The translations under genes and the position numbers were made by a program. Shown piece by piece: positions 1 through 10,700 of a DNA stretch of 64,000 nt (position 1 is its first letter; each line of letters begins with the position of its first letter). The stretch is from IMG/VR virus record IMGVR_UViG_3300018916_000001, positions 64,001 through 128,000 of that record; one strand, written 5' to 3'. Source of the DNA: a virus. The notes under the pieces are model-generated. The model did not search any database. It saw only the letters and a program-made list of their open reading frames with translations, and was not told where the DNA came from.

Positions 1-239
1 GAACTAGATTAGGTAAGATTGGTCATGACGCTGTAATTGGTGCAAATACTTTAGGTACTGGTAGCGCGTTTAGCGGATTAGTAGAAGGATTTACTAGAGG
101 TAAGAATATCAAAAGTAAGTTATATCTAGGACTTTCTAAAGGAGCTAAAGAAGGTATTAGAGGAACGCTTTCTGGTGCAGGTATTGGAAGTACAATAGGA
201 ATTACTAGAGGATTATTTCAACCTAATAAAAAGAAATGA
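1..239 (+). CDS. 5'-truncated glycine-rich, basic protein (glycine-zipper-like; possible virion/ejected protein)
   Basis: Frame 3 is open from the window edge to TGA 237-239: TRLGKIGHDAVIGANTLGTGSAFSGLVEG...GAGIGSTIGITRGLFQPNKKK. The stop overlaps the next ATG. Confidence 0.7.
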   Translation, partial: TRLGKIGHDAVIGANTLGTGSAFSGLVEGFTRGKNIKSKLYLGLSKGAKEGIRGTLSGAGIGSTIGITRGLFQPNKKK

Positions 240-571
240 GTAAACCTAAATGTAAATATAGAACAAGATTTAATACTTGGAAAAGAAGTAGAGAAGCTTC
301 TGAAGTTAGTAGAAGTCTTATAAGAAAAGCACTTTATCTATGTCCTATTTGTAGAAATCCATTATCTCTAGGAGAAGGTCACTTATTCCACATAATACCT
401 ATTAAACTACTATCTCAAAATAATTGTATGAGTTTAGTATCTAGCGAATATAATCTACTATATTCTTGTAAAAAGTGCAATTTAAAGCAGAGAAGTGAGA
501 TATATACTGAATGTCTAGAAGATAATTTATTGAATATATGGAAAAAGATAACTAATGAAGTTTCTAGCTGA
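236..571 (+). CDS. HNH-type zinc-binding endonuclease-like protein
   Basis: CPIC...HIIP...N...CKKCN pattern of HNH nucleases; the usual Asp before His is Phe here. Confidence 0.7.
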   Translation: MSKPKCKYRTRFNTWKRSREASEVSRSLIRKALYLCPICRNPLSLGEGHLFHIIPIKLLSQNNCMSLVSSEYNLLYSCKKCNLKQRSEIYTECLEDNLLNIWKKITNEVSS

Positions 572-1556
572 ATTTAAAAAAACTAAAGAAGAAAAGAAGA
601 GAAATCTCACTAAAGGTATTGTTTATTTGGGTAGTGCGGGTTATACAGGTCAACAAACTATTAGATCAGGTATTCCTCGTTTATTAGGAGTACGATTAGA
701 ATCTCATAGTACAAGTAATAAAAATGCAAAAGAAATACTAAAAAATGGTGGAATATTAGATCCAAATAAAAGTGGTTCAGGAGCTATTAGAGCATTGGAA
801 GCTAATGAAGGGTCTTTAGCGGGATTTAAACCTTCAGATGCAAAAGGTAAAATTTATATTACTGGTATTCATCAAAATGCAAACTCTAGAACATTAAATG
901 GAGTAAAAGTTGATCCTAAAAATGAAGATGTTTTAACTCAAGTTCTAAATAGAAAAGATCAGAGAATGGGTTATCGTGGACAATCTAGTATTAATTGGAA
1001 TGAAGTAAATAAAGATAGAGATAAAATAGCTCAACTAATAAAAGATTTTGATAACTCTACTGATTTAGATGAAAAGCTTGTCAAGAGCAAAGAAATAGGA
1101 AAATTAAAACAAGAAACATCTCTAAGAACTACTCAAGCTAGAGGAAAAGCTGCTATTAAAGCTCTTTTACCTACTACTGGTCGAAGTCTTTATATTGGTG
1201 GTAGTGACGAATATTTTAATAAGAACTTTAAACCTGATTTTGATGATGTTCGTGCTATGTACTCTGAAAATAAAATTAAAGTACATGGGAACAGAGCAGC
1301 AGCTACATTAGACGCACTTAAAAGAGAAGGTAATGGAAGTAGATTAAAAGGTGTTGCTAAATTAATTCAAGCTAATCCTAAAAGAGCATTGGCAGGACTA
1401 GCTATATTAGGTATTGGAGGAGGTCTTACAGCTAACTCAGCTAAAGTTGCTTATGAAAATCTAGCTCCAAGTGACGGTAAAGTAAAAAGTCATACTAGAA
1501 AAAATAAATCTGGTAAATGGTCAAATGTCAAATCTTTTGTAAGAGATAAAAAATGA
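555..1556 (+). CDS. Basic protein with a possible ADP-ribosyltransferase-like motif, a hydrophobic helix and a VKSHTR basic tail
   Basis: HSTSNKNAKEILKNGGILDP...IYIT resembles the HxTxxxxAxxIxxxG ART motif; ALAGLAILGIGGGL helix; C-terminal KVKSHTRKNKSGKWSNVKSFVR. Confidence 0.45.
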   Translation: MKFLAEFKKTKEEKKRNLTKGIVYLGSAGYTGQQTIRSGIPRLLGVRLESHSTSNKNAKEILKNGGILDPNKSGSGAIRALEANEGSLAGFKPSDAKGKIYITGIHQNANSRTLNGVKVDPKNEDVLTQVLNRKDQRMGYRGQSSINWNEVNKDRDKIAQLIKDFDNSTDLDEKLVKSKEIGKLKQETSLRTTQARGKAAIKALLPTTGRSLYIGGSDEYFNKNFKPDFDDVRAMYSENKIKVHGNRAAATLDALKREGNGSRLKGVAKLIQANPKRALAGLAILGIGGGLTANSAKVAYENLAPSDGKVKSHTRKNKSGKWSNVKSFVRDKK

Positions 1557-2062
1557 ATAATGCACTTAAAGTAGACAAAATATTTAATTGGCAATCAAAC
1601 TATCAAAACTCTGTAAGAAATAATAATTGTCACATACAAATCTATTCTCCTCTATATGATTTTGATGTAACTGCAAAACGTATAAAAGAAAATCGTAGAT
1701 ATCTAAATCCTAAAGAATATGAATTAGTTATAGCTAGTGATTTTGATGATCATAGTAATGGATCTATTACTACTGAGATTTATTCTCTAGCATCTAAAGT
1801 TATATTAGAAAATACTTTATTAGTTCCACATACTATATGGATTAATAAATATGAACAACATCAAGAAGGTCTATTCAATTTCGACTATAAGATTTCTTTA
1901 GTAGAAATAAACGTTAACTATATAGGAAATGAAAGTTTTACTTATTATCCTATATGGCAAGATGAATTAGATTATTTAATCACTGGAGATCCTGTATATT
2001 TTAGAGAAGTCTGTTCTAGTGGATGGAGTCAGTTATATGAAAGATGGAAGAGTAGAATTTAG
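1553..2062 (+). CDS. Hypothetical protein
   Basis: 169-aa ORF coupled to the upstream gene by an ATGA overlap. Confidence 0.6.
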   Translation: MNNALKVDKIFNWQSNYQNSVRNNNCHIQIYSPLYDFDVTAKRIKENRRYLNPKEYELVIASDFDDHSNGSITTEIYSLASKVILENTLLVPHTIWINKYEQHQEGLFNFDYKISLVEINVNYIGNESFTYYPIWQDELDYLITGDPVYFREVCSSGWSQLYERWKSRI

Positions 2063-2150
2063 ATCTCTTAGACATTCTTAAATCGAATAATAGAAATTAG
2101 TTCTCGTTAGATAATTTAGTATAAAAATAAAGTTAAAAATTAAAAATAAT

Positions 2151-2978
2151 ATGGCAGATAATAAAAGTCCCGCTCAAGCTACAAATTTACTGAACTTCTT
2201 AAAAGGTTTAGTCGTTACATCTCCGATTAATAATAACGTTTTCATTGGTTTATCTACTACTCTTCCAACTGCGGAAGGTGGTAATTTTACTGAACCTGCT
2301 GGATCTACGGGTTATGCAAAAGTTCAATATGCAACTGGTGTATCAAACTTCTCAGAACCTAATAAGCGCTCATGTTTCAATCAACAAGAAGTGAAGTTTA
2401 ATGTTGCTCTTACCCAATATCCTACTGTAGTTGCTGTAGGTATATTTGATGAGACTAGCGATACCGTTCCTCTTTATTTCGGTTCTATTGATTTAGGTCG
2501 AAGTATTGAAACTGGTGATAGAGTATATTTCCCACCTCAAGGAATCATCATTCATGAAGTTCAACCGACGTTTACTAAATCTGATTATTTAGCAAATGCA
2601 CAATTGAAACTCTTACGTAATGAGACATTTGAAACTCCGTCTGAGATTTATTTGGCTCTTGGTACAATGACTCCTACGATGACTGGAGATATTGGTGAAT
2701 TGACTAATACTAACTCCCCTGGCTATGTCCGAATTCCTATTCCTTGTAATGCAGCGAATTGGCAAGTTACTGGACGAACTGCGACTAATCTTATGGAATT
2801 AGTATTTCCAATGGCAACTGCACCTTGGGAGAATATTAAATCCTTCGCTCTACATAGAAGTGCTACTGGTAATACAGATATGCTCTATTGTGGAAGTTTT
2901 GGAGAGAACAACACTAAAGTTATTTACCTCAAAGATAAATTACGGATTCCAGTAGGCGCAATTACAGTTTCAGAATAA
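2151..2978 (+). CDS. Virion structural protein with two tandem copies of a phage tail-associated beta domain
   Basis: Internal duplication: FIGLSTTLPT..GG..TE....GY.KV / YLALGTMTPT....GE.....GYVRI, each followed by F..A...(Y/W)......(G/A)(I/L)....Y.G. Confidence 0.7.
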   Translation: MADNKSPAQATNLLNFLKGLVVTSPINNNVFIGLSTTLPTAEGGNFTEPAGSTGYAKVQYATGVSNFSEPNKRSCFNQQEVKFNVALTQYPTVVAVGIFDETSDTVPLYFGSIDLGRSIETGDRVYFPPQGIIIHEVQPTFTKSDYLANAQLKLLRNETFETPSEIYLALGTMTPTMTGDIGELTNTNSPGYVRIPIPCNAANWQVTGRTATNLMELVFPMATAPWENIKSFALHRSATGNTDMLYCGSFGENNTKVIYLKDKLRIPVGAITVSE

Positions 2979-2988
2979 GAGGTATATT

Positions 2989-3891
2989 ATGACGGATTAC
3001 GCACTCCAAGCAAATATATATACTGATTCTTCTAGTCTAAATATCTCAAATGTAGATTATGATAGAGCATTTATGGCAACTATAAAGCCAGATAGTAGTT
3101 CTATGAAAATATCTAAAGTTGAGTATGACAGAGCATTGATAGCTAATATCTATACTGATAAAAGTAAGATTGCAGCATTAATGTTTAAATATACAGCTTA
3201 TTTAGCTAATATCTATACTGATAAATCTAAAGTAAAGGTAGATGCAAAACGTGATTTAGCTATTTCATCTAAGATTCAAGTTCAACCTGCTAAGACAAAT
3301 ATATTTCTAGGGGCGGATAGATCTCTTACAGCAAAATTAAATAAAGATAATAGCTCAATTAGTATTGTTCCTAAAGTAGATAGAGCGTTACAAGCAACTA
3401 TTGAAACAGATTCTTCTAAATTTAGTATTAGTAAAATTGAACGAGATATTCTAACTGAAGCACCAACCGGACAAACCTACGTAATTATTAAAGGAGTAGA
3501 TGTAAGTCTTAATGGTTATTCACTAGCTAGAAACTCAGTTCATGCTATTAATATTTTGATTTATGGAGATAGATTATCTGAGAAAGGCACAAATATAGAA
3601 TTTATAGTAAAACGTAATATTTCTGATCCGGATGATTCTGCTGTAATCTATAACTCTACTAATGGTAAAGGTATTAAGTTTATCCAAGTAAAAGATATTC
3701 CTGAAACTGAACTTAAAGAATATAAAGCACAAATCCAATTGAAAGAATCTGATTTCTATTTAATCACTAACCAACGACCTACCAAACTCTATTATGAAGT
3801 GAGAGTAATAGATTCGTTAGATGGTAGATATCCTCCAGTAGAAGCGGGATATTTCAATTTAAGTACAACTCTTATCGATACAAGATTTTAA
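2989..3891 (+). CDS. Virion structural protein with ~22-aa A.I.(T/P)D.S repeats and a BppU-like C-terminal domain
   Basis: Repeats ALQANIYTDSS, AFMATIKPDSS, ALIANIYTDKS, AYLANIYTDKS, ALQATIETDSS; C-terminal F.VKR...YYEV...G.F. Confidence 0.55.
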   Translation: MTDYALQANIYTDSSSLNISNVDYDRAFMATIKPDSSSMKISKVEYDRALIANIYTDKSKIAALMFKYTAYLANIYTDKSKVKVDAKRDLAISSKIQVQPAKTNIFLGADRSLTAKLNKDNSSISIVPKVDRALQATIETDSSKFSISKIERDILTEAPTGQTYVIIKGVDVSLNGYSLARNSVHAINILIYGDRLSEKGTNIEFIVKRNISDPDDSAVIYNSTNGKGIKFIQVKDIPETELKEYKAQIQLKESDFYLITNQRPTKLYYEVRVIDSLDGRYPPVEAGYFNLSTTLIDTRF

Positions 3892-3892
3892 A

Positions 3893-4477
3893 ATGGTAAC
3901 TCTTTCAGCAGATTTTAGTGGATTAGAAGGATTGAGTAAGAAATTTGAGAATGCTTTAAAGCGTAAGAAAGATTTAACTCAGTTAGAAGCTGGTATTAAA
4001 GAAGTATTAGTAGAAGATGTAAAGTTACGTTTTGCTACTGCTCCACTAACTAATAAAGGTGGAATGGCTCATGGTAACGTATTTTGGTCTGCAATGACTC
4101 CTAATTGGTTAGCTACTCATCCCGATAGAATGGGTAAACCACTACTTAAAGATACTGGTAAGTTACTTAACTCTCTAATTGTTGGTAATGATGACTCAGT
4201 ATTTAGTATGACAAGAGAAGGTTTTCAATTTGGCACTAAAGTTGCTTATGCCAAAGATCATCAACCAGATTCTATCGGTACAACTATTCCACTAAATCTA
4301 CTTCAAGATGAAAGAATTACTGATATGTTTAGGAGTCAAGGTAAACTTGCTCCTAGACCATTCCTCTTTATTCACGAAACTCTTAATAATGAGATCGTAG
4401 ACGTAATATCTGAGTTTATTCTTACTGGAGAAACTAGAATCAGAACCAAAGATAATATAAAGGAATTAAAAGAATGA
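3893..4477 (+). CDS. Neck/tail-completion protein (Mu gpG / virion morphogenesis family)
   Basis: L.DTG.L.NS, GT.V.YA..HQ and PRPFL motifs; position upstream of the tail genes. Confidence 0.8.
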   Translation: MVTLSADFSGLEGLSKKFENALKRKKDLTQLEAGIKEVLVEDVKLRFATAPLTNKGGMAHGNVFWSAMTPNWLATHPDRMGKPLLKDTGKLLNSLIVGNDDSVFSMTREGFQFGTKVAYAKDHQPDSIGTTIPLNLLQDERITDMFRSQGKLAPRPFLFIHETLNNEIVDVISEFILTGETRIRTKDNIKELKE

Positions 4478-5007
4478 ATCCTCATACCTTAAATAAACTA
4501 ATATCTAAACAAAATCTAGGTTCTACTCAGAAGTTCTCTAGTAATATAATCATCAATCCTTTAGTAGATGAAACAGTAGATTATATAGCTAAATATCTAT
4601 ATGAGTATATTAATAAAGACTACTCAAATTATGTAGAAGCTAATCCGGGAGTACAGAAAGCGTTAGGAGATGTAGCAATTAGAACTTATAGAACTTGTGA
4701 TACTTATCAAGTCTCTACTCCTGAGTTTCCACTATTAAAGGTCTATAGAACTAACGATAATTGGAGAGATGATAAATTACTTAGAACTTCTAACATCTCA
4801 ATTACTTATTCTCTATTAGTTCCACAACAGGAGAGATTAATGCCTTTATTAAATTGGGTTAGCTATGAAATTCAGAAGCTTCTATTAACTCCAAGCTGTA
4901 AAGTAAAAATTGATGGAGGAGTAAGAACTCAGTATAGAACAATGATTAGTGAAATAGGACAAAATATGTTTTCTTTCTTACGAGCAGATATATCAATAAC
5001 AGATTAG
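4474..5007 (+). CDS. Putative tail terminator protein
   Basis: Size and position between the neck gene and the tail tube; FPLLKVY segment. Confidence 0.45.
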   Translation: MNPHTLNKLISKQNLGSTQKFSSNIIINPLVDETVDYIAKYLYEYINKDYSNYVEANPGVQKALGDVAIRTYRTCDTYQVSTPEFPLLKVYRTNDNWRDDKLLRTSNISITYSLLVPQQERLMPLLNWVSYEIQKLLLTPSCKVKIDGGVRTQYRTMISEIGQNMFSFLRADISITD

Positions 5008-5050
5008 CTCAATTACTTTCACTTAAGAAAAAAATAAATAAAAAAATAAT

Positions 5051-5410
5051 ATGGCAATTAGTATAAATTTCAATAGACCAAAATTACAAACTACGTTAGA
5101 AGAAGTAGTACCGATTACTGCAACTCTAGTAGAAAACACTACCGATAAACTTTATGTGATAGATGCTAAATACACTGTTACTAAAGACGATGCAAGTACA
5201 GTTACTAAAGTTATTAAACGCTTTAAGATTATCCCTGTAATTGTTGGTACTACCATTCGATTTGATATCACTGAGATTACTTTTCCTCCTACAGCACCGG
5301 ATAATCCTACTGATAATCAAGGAACAATTAGCGCTCCTATTCGTGGAGCTAGCTTAGTAGATTTAGATACATTTCTAACTGCGGTTGGTGATGTAAGAAA
5401 GAATTCCTAA
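5051..5410 (+). CDS. Hypothetical virion-associated protein
   Basis: 119-aa ORF in the structural operon with an A-rich leader. Confidence 0.55.
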   Translation: MAISINFNRPKLQTTLEEVVPITATLVENTTDKLYVIDAKYTVTKDDASTVTKVIKRFKIIPVIVGTTIRFDITEITFPPTAPDNPTDNQGTISAPIRGASLVDLDTFLTAVGDVRKNS

Positions 5411-5440
5411 TATATAAGAACAAAATATAAATAAAAATAT

Positions 5441-6202
5441 ATGACAATTGAAAAACTTCAGTCAACCTTTATTGGTGTTACTGAACTTAAAATGAGGAGA
5501 TTTAAGGATAACTTAGTTTATCACTTACCTACTCCAATGAATATGGTCGTTGAACCAGGTAAAAATGAACGAGTATTAATGGGTCGAAATAAGCTTGGTC
5601 GTAGAGTTGAAGTGGCCAGCTTTATTGATGCAGAAAACCCAGTATTAAATATCTCTTATGGTATTGTTCAACCAGAATTACTTCAATTTAGATTGGGTAA
5701 TTACTTTGAGAACATGACTAAAGACTTAATGATTCCTACTACTTTCGATTTAGGTCAAGGTGGTACATTCCCAGCAGTTCAAGCTCCTTCGTTAGGTCAC
5801 GCTATTATTGCAGGTGCAGATGCTACAGCTTCTATTAAACGTCCTGATGGAACTTCTCTTGCCCTTGTTGAAGGTACTGATTTTACTATTGGTGCTGGTG
5901 GAATGGTAACTTTTAGTGCAGCTCTTGTTGCAGCGAAAGAGACTGTATCAATGTTAATTCCTTATACTGTAACTGGTCTAGGTATTGGTAGTGAATTAAT
6001 TGGTAGACACGAGGTAGTAGCAACAATTGTGGATAGTGAGGGTTATGTGTGGTTCTTCCATGCTCCTAACGCTAAACCTTCTGCTGCTGGTGGTTCTATT
6101 GATTTTTCCGCTGAATCATTTGATCTTCAACTTAAATTATATAATTCTGGCGGATGTCAACCTTTCACTTTAATTAAGAGTTCAGATAGAGTTTCTTGTT
6201 AA
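5441..6202 (+). CDS. Major tail tube protein
   Basis: 253 aa, upstream of the chaperone pair and tape measure, followed by a terminator; contains the LVEGTDFTI...G.VTF insertion typical of tail tube proteins. Confidence 0.7.
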   Translation: MTIEKLQSTFIGVTELKMRRFKDNLVYHLPTPMNMVVEPGKNERVLMGRNKLGRRVEVASFIDAENPVLNISYGIVQPELLQFRLGNYFENMTKDLMIPTTFDLGQGGTFPAVQAPSLGHAIIAGADATASIKRPDGTSLALVEGTDFTIGAGGMVTFSAALVAAKETVSMLIPYTVTGLGIGSELIGRHEVVATIVDSEGYVWFFHAPNAKPSAAGGSIDFSAESFDLQLKLYNSGGCQPFTLIKSSDRVSC

Positions 6203-6242
6203 GAATTAAGAACACTATATAATTTCTAATACTATAAAAATT

Positions 6243-6278
6243 AAGAGGTCTACTTATTCGTTAGGTAAACCTCTTTTT
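6243..6278. terminator. Intrinsic terminator, likely bidirectional
   Basis: AAGAGGT...ACCTCTT stem followed by a T-run, between convergent genes. Confidence 0.7.
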
Positions 6279-6282
6279 ATCT

Positions 6283-6465
6283 TTATTTATCTTCTTTTTC
6301 TATGTGTTCTCTTGCTTTGTCTAGAGATTTTTGTATTTTCTCTTTTACTATATTGGTTCCATTTTCTCTATCACTTCTTATATCATCTTTCATTTCTTCT
6401 ATAGCTTCTTTATCTTCTTTACTTAAAAAACCATCAGGATTAGTAGGATGCACCATAGTATACAA
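6283..6465 (-). CDS. Small acidic helical protein, possibly antitoxin-like
   Basis: LSKEDKEAIEEMKDDIRS resembles C-terminal helices of type II antitoxins; weak match. Confidence 0.4.
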   Translation of the reverse strand: MYTMVHPTNPDGFLSKEDKEAIEEMKDDIRSDRENGTNIVKEKIQKSLDKAREHIEKEDK

Positions 6466-6915
6466 CTAGACTCCTAACTTAAGGCTTGCTATAAGAGAAA
6501 CTACTCCACAAGACCAAGAAAATAGAGCAAAGTCAACTACTTGCATTAAGTCTAGATGAAGAGTATTGAAATCCAAAATAAATAGGAGATATACAATATA
6601 ACCTCCCCAACATCCCTTACAAAATGAACAAGAATTTAATTGATAGACAATATTATATAATCTCTCCCATATAGAGCAGTAATTATTTATCTCTATATCT
6701 TCTTTGTTATTAGGTAAGTAAATATATAAGTTATCTTTCTTTATAGTCTTTTTATTAGAAATTTTATTTAGTTCTACAGCTAACTCTTTCTTCTCTCTTA
6801 GTTTATTTAATAGAAGATTCCAAAAATATCTTGGAACTTTATAATCAAATAAGACTATTCTTAAAGTTACAGCATATATATAAAGTAATGCTATATTAGT
6901 TACATAATCATTCAT
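6466..6915 (-). CDS. Membrane protein with a CxxC-G-W motif (DUF1360-like)
   Basis: Three hydrophobic segments and CSFCKGCW. Confidence 0.55.
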   Translation of the reverse strand: MNDYVTNIALLYIYAVTLRIVLFDYKVPRYFWNLLLNKLREKKELAVELNKISNKKTIKKDNLYIYLPNNKEDIEINNYCSIWERLYNIVYQLNSCSFCKGCWGGYIVYLLFILDFNTLHLDLMQVVDFALFSWSCGVVSLIASLKLGV

Positions 6916-6929
6916 ACAAATTAAACTCC

Positions 6930-7391
6930 ATGAAGAATTTCAAAGTCAAAGTACAATCATATAATAGCGAAAAAGATACATATGAAGTAGAGAAAGTATA
7001 TATCATACAAAGAGTTGTTAGATCTGAGTTAGATACATTAATTGAATTACATAAACAAATACTAATTCGTTTCTTAGATACTGATGCAAATATGGGAGAG
7101 TTTATTAGAGATAACGAATCTTGGGAATTAATGAGAACGTTAGCTAAAAATCTAAATGTCTTAGGTCAAAAAGATAAAGGATTTGATATAGAAGAAATAG
7201 CTGATGATTTAGAACAACTCTGCCAAATCTTTATTAGTCAAAGTATGAGTGATTCTGGTGAATTAGATTTAGAAGAAGGATGGAAACCTTCATTATTATC
7301 TAGTCTACATAAACTAGATTTTCCTATGTACATGAGAGAAGCAATAAAAAAGTATCAGGAGAAGAGAGAGAGTCAGATAGAAAAAAGTTAA
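6930..7391 (+). CDS. Tail assembly chaperone (gpG-like)
   Basis: Located between the tail tube and tape measure; ends GAA AAA AGT TAA over a slippery A-run. Confidence 0.7.
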   Translation: MKNFKVKVQSYNSEKDTYEVEKVYIIQRVVRSELDTLIELHKQILIRFLDTDANMGEFIRDNESWELMRTLAKNLNVLGQKDKGFDIEEIADDLEQLCQIFISQSMSDSGELDLEEGWKPSLLSSLHKLDFPMYMREAIKKYQEKRESQIEKS

Positions 7392-7702
7392 TAGCTCCAA
7401 TTCCTAGTAGTGGAGATTCTTCTATCGACCAACTAGCATTCTTACTAGAGATGTATAAAGACTATCCTATAAATCCTGTAACGGACTTATGGGAAAAATT
7501 AGATAATATATCTCTAGATTTACTTATTAACCAAACATTAGAACATCACAAACCTCAAGAAGAACGAGATAAAGAATTAGCACAAGAACTTTATAACAAG
7601 CTTAAAGAAGAGAAAGATTTAACTTCTAATTTACCTATTAATGGAAAAGTTATATCTGCTAAAGACTTTATGATGTTTAAACACGACTCAATACCTGAAT
7701 AA
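7382..7702 (+). CDS. Tail assembly chaperone extension (gpT-like), reached by a -1 frameshift
   Basis: The -1 frame is open from AAA AAG TTA ATA GCT (7382) through the annotated ATG 7451 to TAA 7702, immediately before the tape measure gene. Confidence 0.7.
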   Translation, partial: KKLIAPIPSSGDSSIDQLAFLLEMYKDYPINPVTDLWEKLDNISLDLLINQTLEHHKPQEERDKELAQELYNKLKEEKDLTSNLPINGKVISAKDFMMFKHDSIPE

Positions 7703-7703
7703 T

Positions 7704-10700
7704 ATGGATACTGCTAGCAATATTAAATTTAATGTTGAGGGAGATGATAAGTTCTCTCAATTTCTAGAGAAAACTCAAAAATCATTTAAAGAACTTAATG
7801 AGAAATCACTTAGGCTATTTAATACTGGTCTTAGAGAAGGTTCTAGAGGTTTAAAAGATATAACAAAAGAAATTAGAACTAAGTCTAGTGTAGTAGAGAA
7901 GTTAATAGCGGATTATGGTAAAGCTACTAACTCTACTAATACTTGGACAGCTTCTCTTGGTAAATTAGCTAAAACTGCTACATTGCTAGGTGGAGCTATG
8001 ACAGCTTTAAATATTGCTAGCATTGGTGGTGGTATCGCAAGTATTGTAGGTACTGGTATTAATGGTGTAATAGACTCACTTACTAAAGTTAATACTGGTA
8101 TAGATGTTATGGCTGCTAGTGGATTTGACGGGACTCCACTAATGAATTCATTTCAAGAGATAACTGCTGTATTAACCGGAAATCAAGCTGCTATTGATGC
8201 TTTCACTTCTAGATCAACTGCTGCATTTAACTCGTTTGAGCAGAAATTAAATGAAGTTAACATTGTATTTGGCTTATCAAAAGAAAGATTAGCTGAATAT
8301 GGCGATGCTCTACAAAATGGTTTAGAAAAGAATTTAAAGAATAGTGTCTCTTCTCTTACTGCTTTAAATGCTGCGTATCAAGCTGCTTCTGCTGGATTTA
8401 CAGAATTTCAACAAAACCAAGATGTAGTTAATCTAGCAATCAAAGCGAATAAAGCTGCTCCGGGAAGTGACTTATTCCAGATTGGTGGAGCTATTGGTAA
8501 AGGTGCAGGTATCCTAGAAACTAAGGACATTGCAGAATTAGAAGAAGTTACTGCTAAATGGTTAGCTACGGAACAACAAGGTCTAACTACTGTAGGAGAA
8601 ATGACTGAGTATATTAGCGATATGTACTCATCTCTTAAAAACGCAGGTATTGGTACTAAAAATCTAGTTAATGAAACTCAAGGTTTAGTAGTAGCTTTTA
8701 CTAAGTTAGGTGGTAAAGTTACTGATATCTCTACTGAAATGCAAGCGTTCTCTAGAAATACTATTGGTAAAACTCCTGAAGCAACGAAAGCTTTAGAAGG
8801 ATTGGTAGACGCACAAGGAAAAGCTATTACTCTTAATCAAGAATATTTTGGTAAGAAAGGTGTAGTTCAAGGTATTGTAGATTTTGCTGAAGCCGTAGGA
8901 TATAACACTGAGAAGATTAAGGAAGTATATAACGAGACTAATGCTTTCAACTTTGTAATGAAGGTATTAGCTCAAAATGGTAATCTTGCTAAAAAATCTA
9001 TTGAAGATATTAGTAAAGTTACGTCTGAAAATTTAACTGAAGCTTTTGATTCTGCTACTTCTTCATCTCAAGCAAAAATGGAGCAAATTACTAATGCTTA
9101 TGATGAAATAATGATCTCTTTCGGTAAAGTATTCCAAGAAAGAAGTAGAGAAGGTGTTAAATCTATTGAGTGGTATAAAGAAGCTTTAGTAACTTTTAAA
9201 GAGCCATTAGTAGAAATAGCAGGAAGAATGGTAACTTTTTTTGATAATGTAGGAAAATTTACTGGAGTTCTTAGTTCAGTTGCTAAAATGCTCACTGGTA
9301 TAGCAGGAACTATTATTAGCTATAGAGCTTTTGACTTAATTTTTAAAGGACTAACTGATGGATTTAAAGATGTAAAAAAAGAAGGTTCTGTAATTAAAGA
9401 GCTTTATACATCTAATCAAGGTTTATTTGCTATAGGAAAGCAGTTATTAGGATTGGATCAACAGAAACTATTAAGTCAAAATAGAATCAATGAAGCAATT
9501 AAAAAGTCTAGTGAATTAGAACAAGGACTAACTAACTCTATAGGAAAAACTAATAGTGAAAGATTAACTTCTATTGCTACAGTTAAAAATGAGATAGACG
9601 CAATAGTTTCTAGAGATGAGTCTATAATTAAAGGTCAGCAAAAAGTAACTAAAGCTGAAGAACTACTAAATAAGAAAGTAGATAGTAGAAATACAGTACA
9701 ATCCGAAGTAAACTCTACTCAAAAAGGTTTAGCTAATCTAAAAACTCTTAAAGCTGATATTGACAATACTTTTAAAAATAATGTAGAGAATATTGAGCGT
9801 TCCAAAAAACTTAGTGAAATCGCTGCTCAAGAAGCTTTAATTAAACAAGGAAATATTGGAAAACAAGAAAGACAACAATTAAAAGAGCTTAACGCAGAAA
9901 AACTAAGACTTCAAAATACTTATAACACAACTACATTAGACCAATTAGCTTCATTAGAAAAACAAAAAGATATTCTAAGAAATAAAGCTAAGAAATCTGA
10001 TAGAGATTATGCTGCCTTAGACAATATATATAAGAGAGAAGATCAGTTATTAGATAGAGAAAGAACAAAAGATCGTACTCCTCTAACTAAAGAACAAAGA
10101 ACTGAGCTTAACAATACTCGTAAAGATATTGCTACTAAGATACAGCAAGAAGAATTAATTCTCTTAACTCAAAGACAAAAGTTACAAGAAGCTAATAATG
10201 TAGTAGATAAAGAAACTCAAAAACTAAATCAAGTTAGAGCTGACCAACAAGAAAAACTTAATCGAGTTACTAAAGCTACTACTGAATTAGCAGTTCTACA
10301 ACAAGATTTAAATACTAAAAAAACTAATCTAGATAAAATTGATTTAGCTGTTACAGGACAACGTGATAAGCTATACTCAATTCAAAATAATCTAAGAAAA
10401 GAACAAGCTACTTTAGATAAAATTCGTAATAAGGATAGCGCAGAATATCAACAGCAATTAAAAAAAGTTGTATCTTTACAAGAACAAGAAGCTACTCAAC
10501 AAACCGTATTTCAAAAAGCTAGAACTACCCAACTTACTGCACAACAAGCTGTTAACAAAGCAGAAATAGAAAGTAAAACTAAACTTAGACAATTAACTAG
10601 AGAACAAGGTTTAGCGGAAGGCTCGCTTATTGAATTAAGAACTCGTTCAGGTTCAGTAGCTCTTAAAAATACAGCTTTTAATAGAGATTTAGTGAGTTCT

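Noticed and set aside
2989-3460. DNA repeat GCTAATATCTATACTGATAAA (two copies) as a regulatory or mobile repeat
   Set aside because: Explained by the in-frame protein repeat ANIYTDK.
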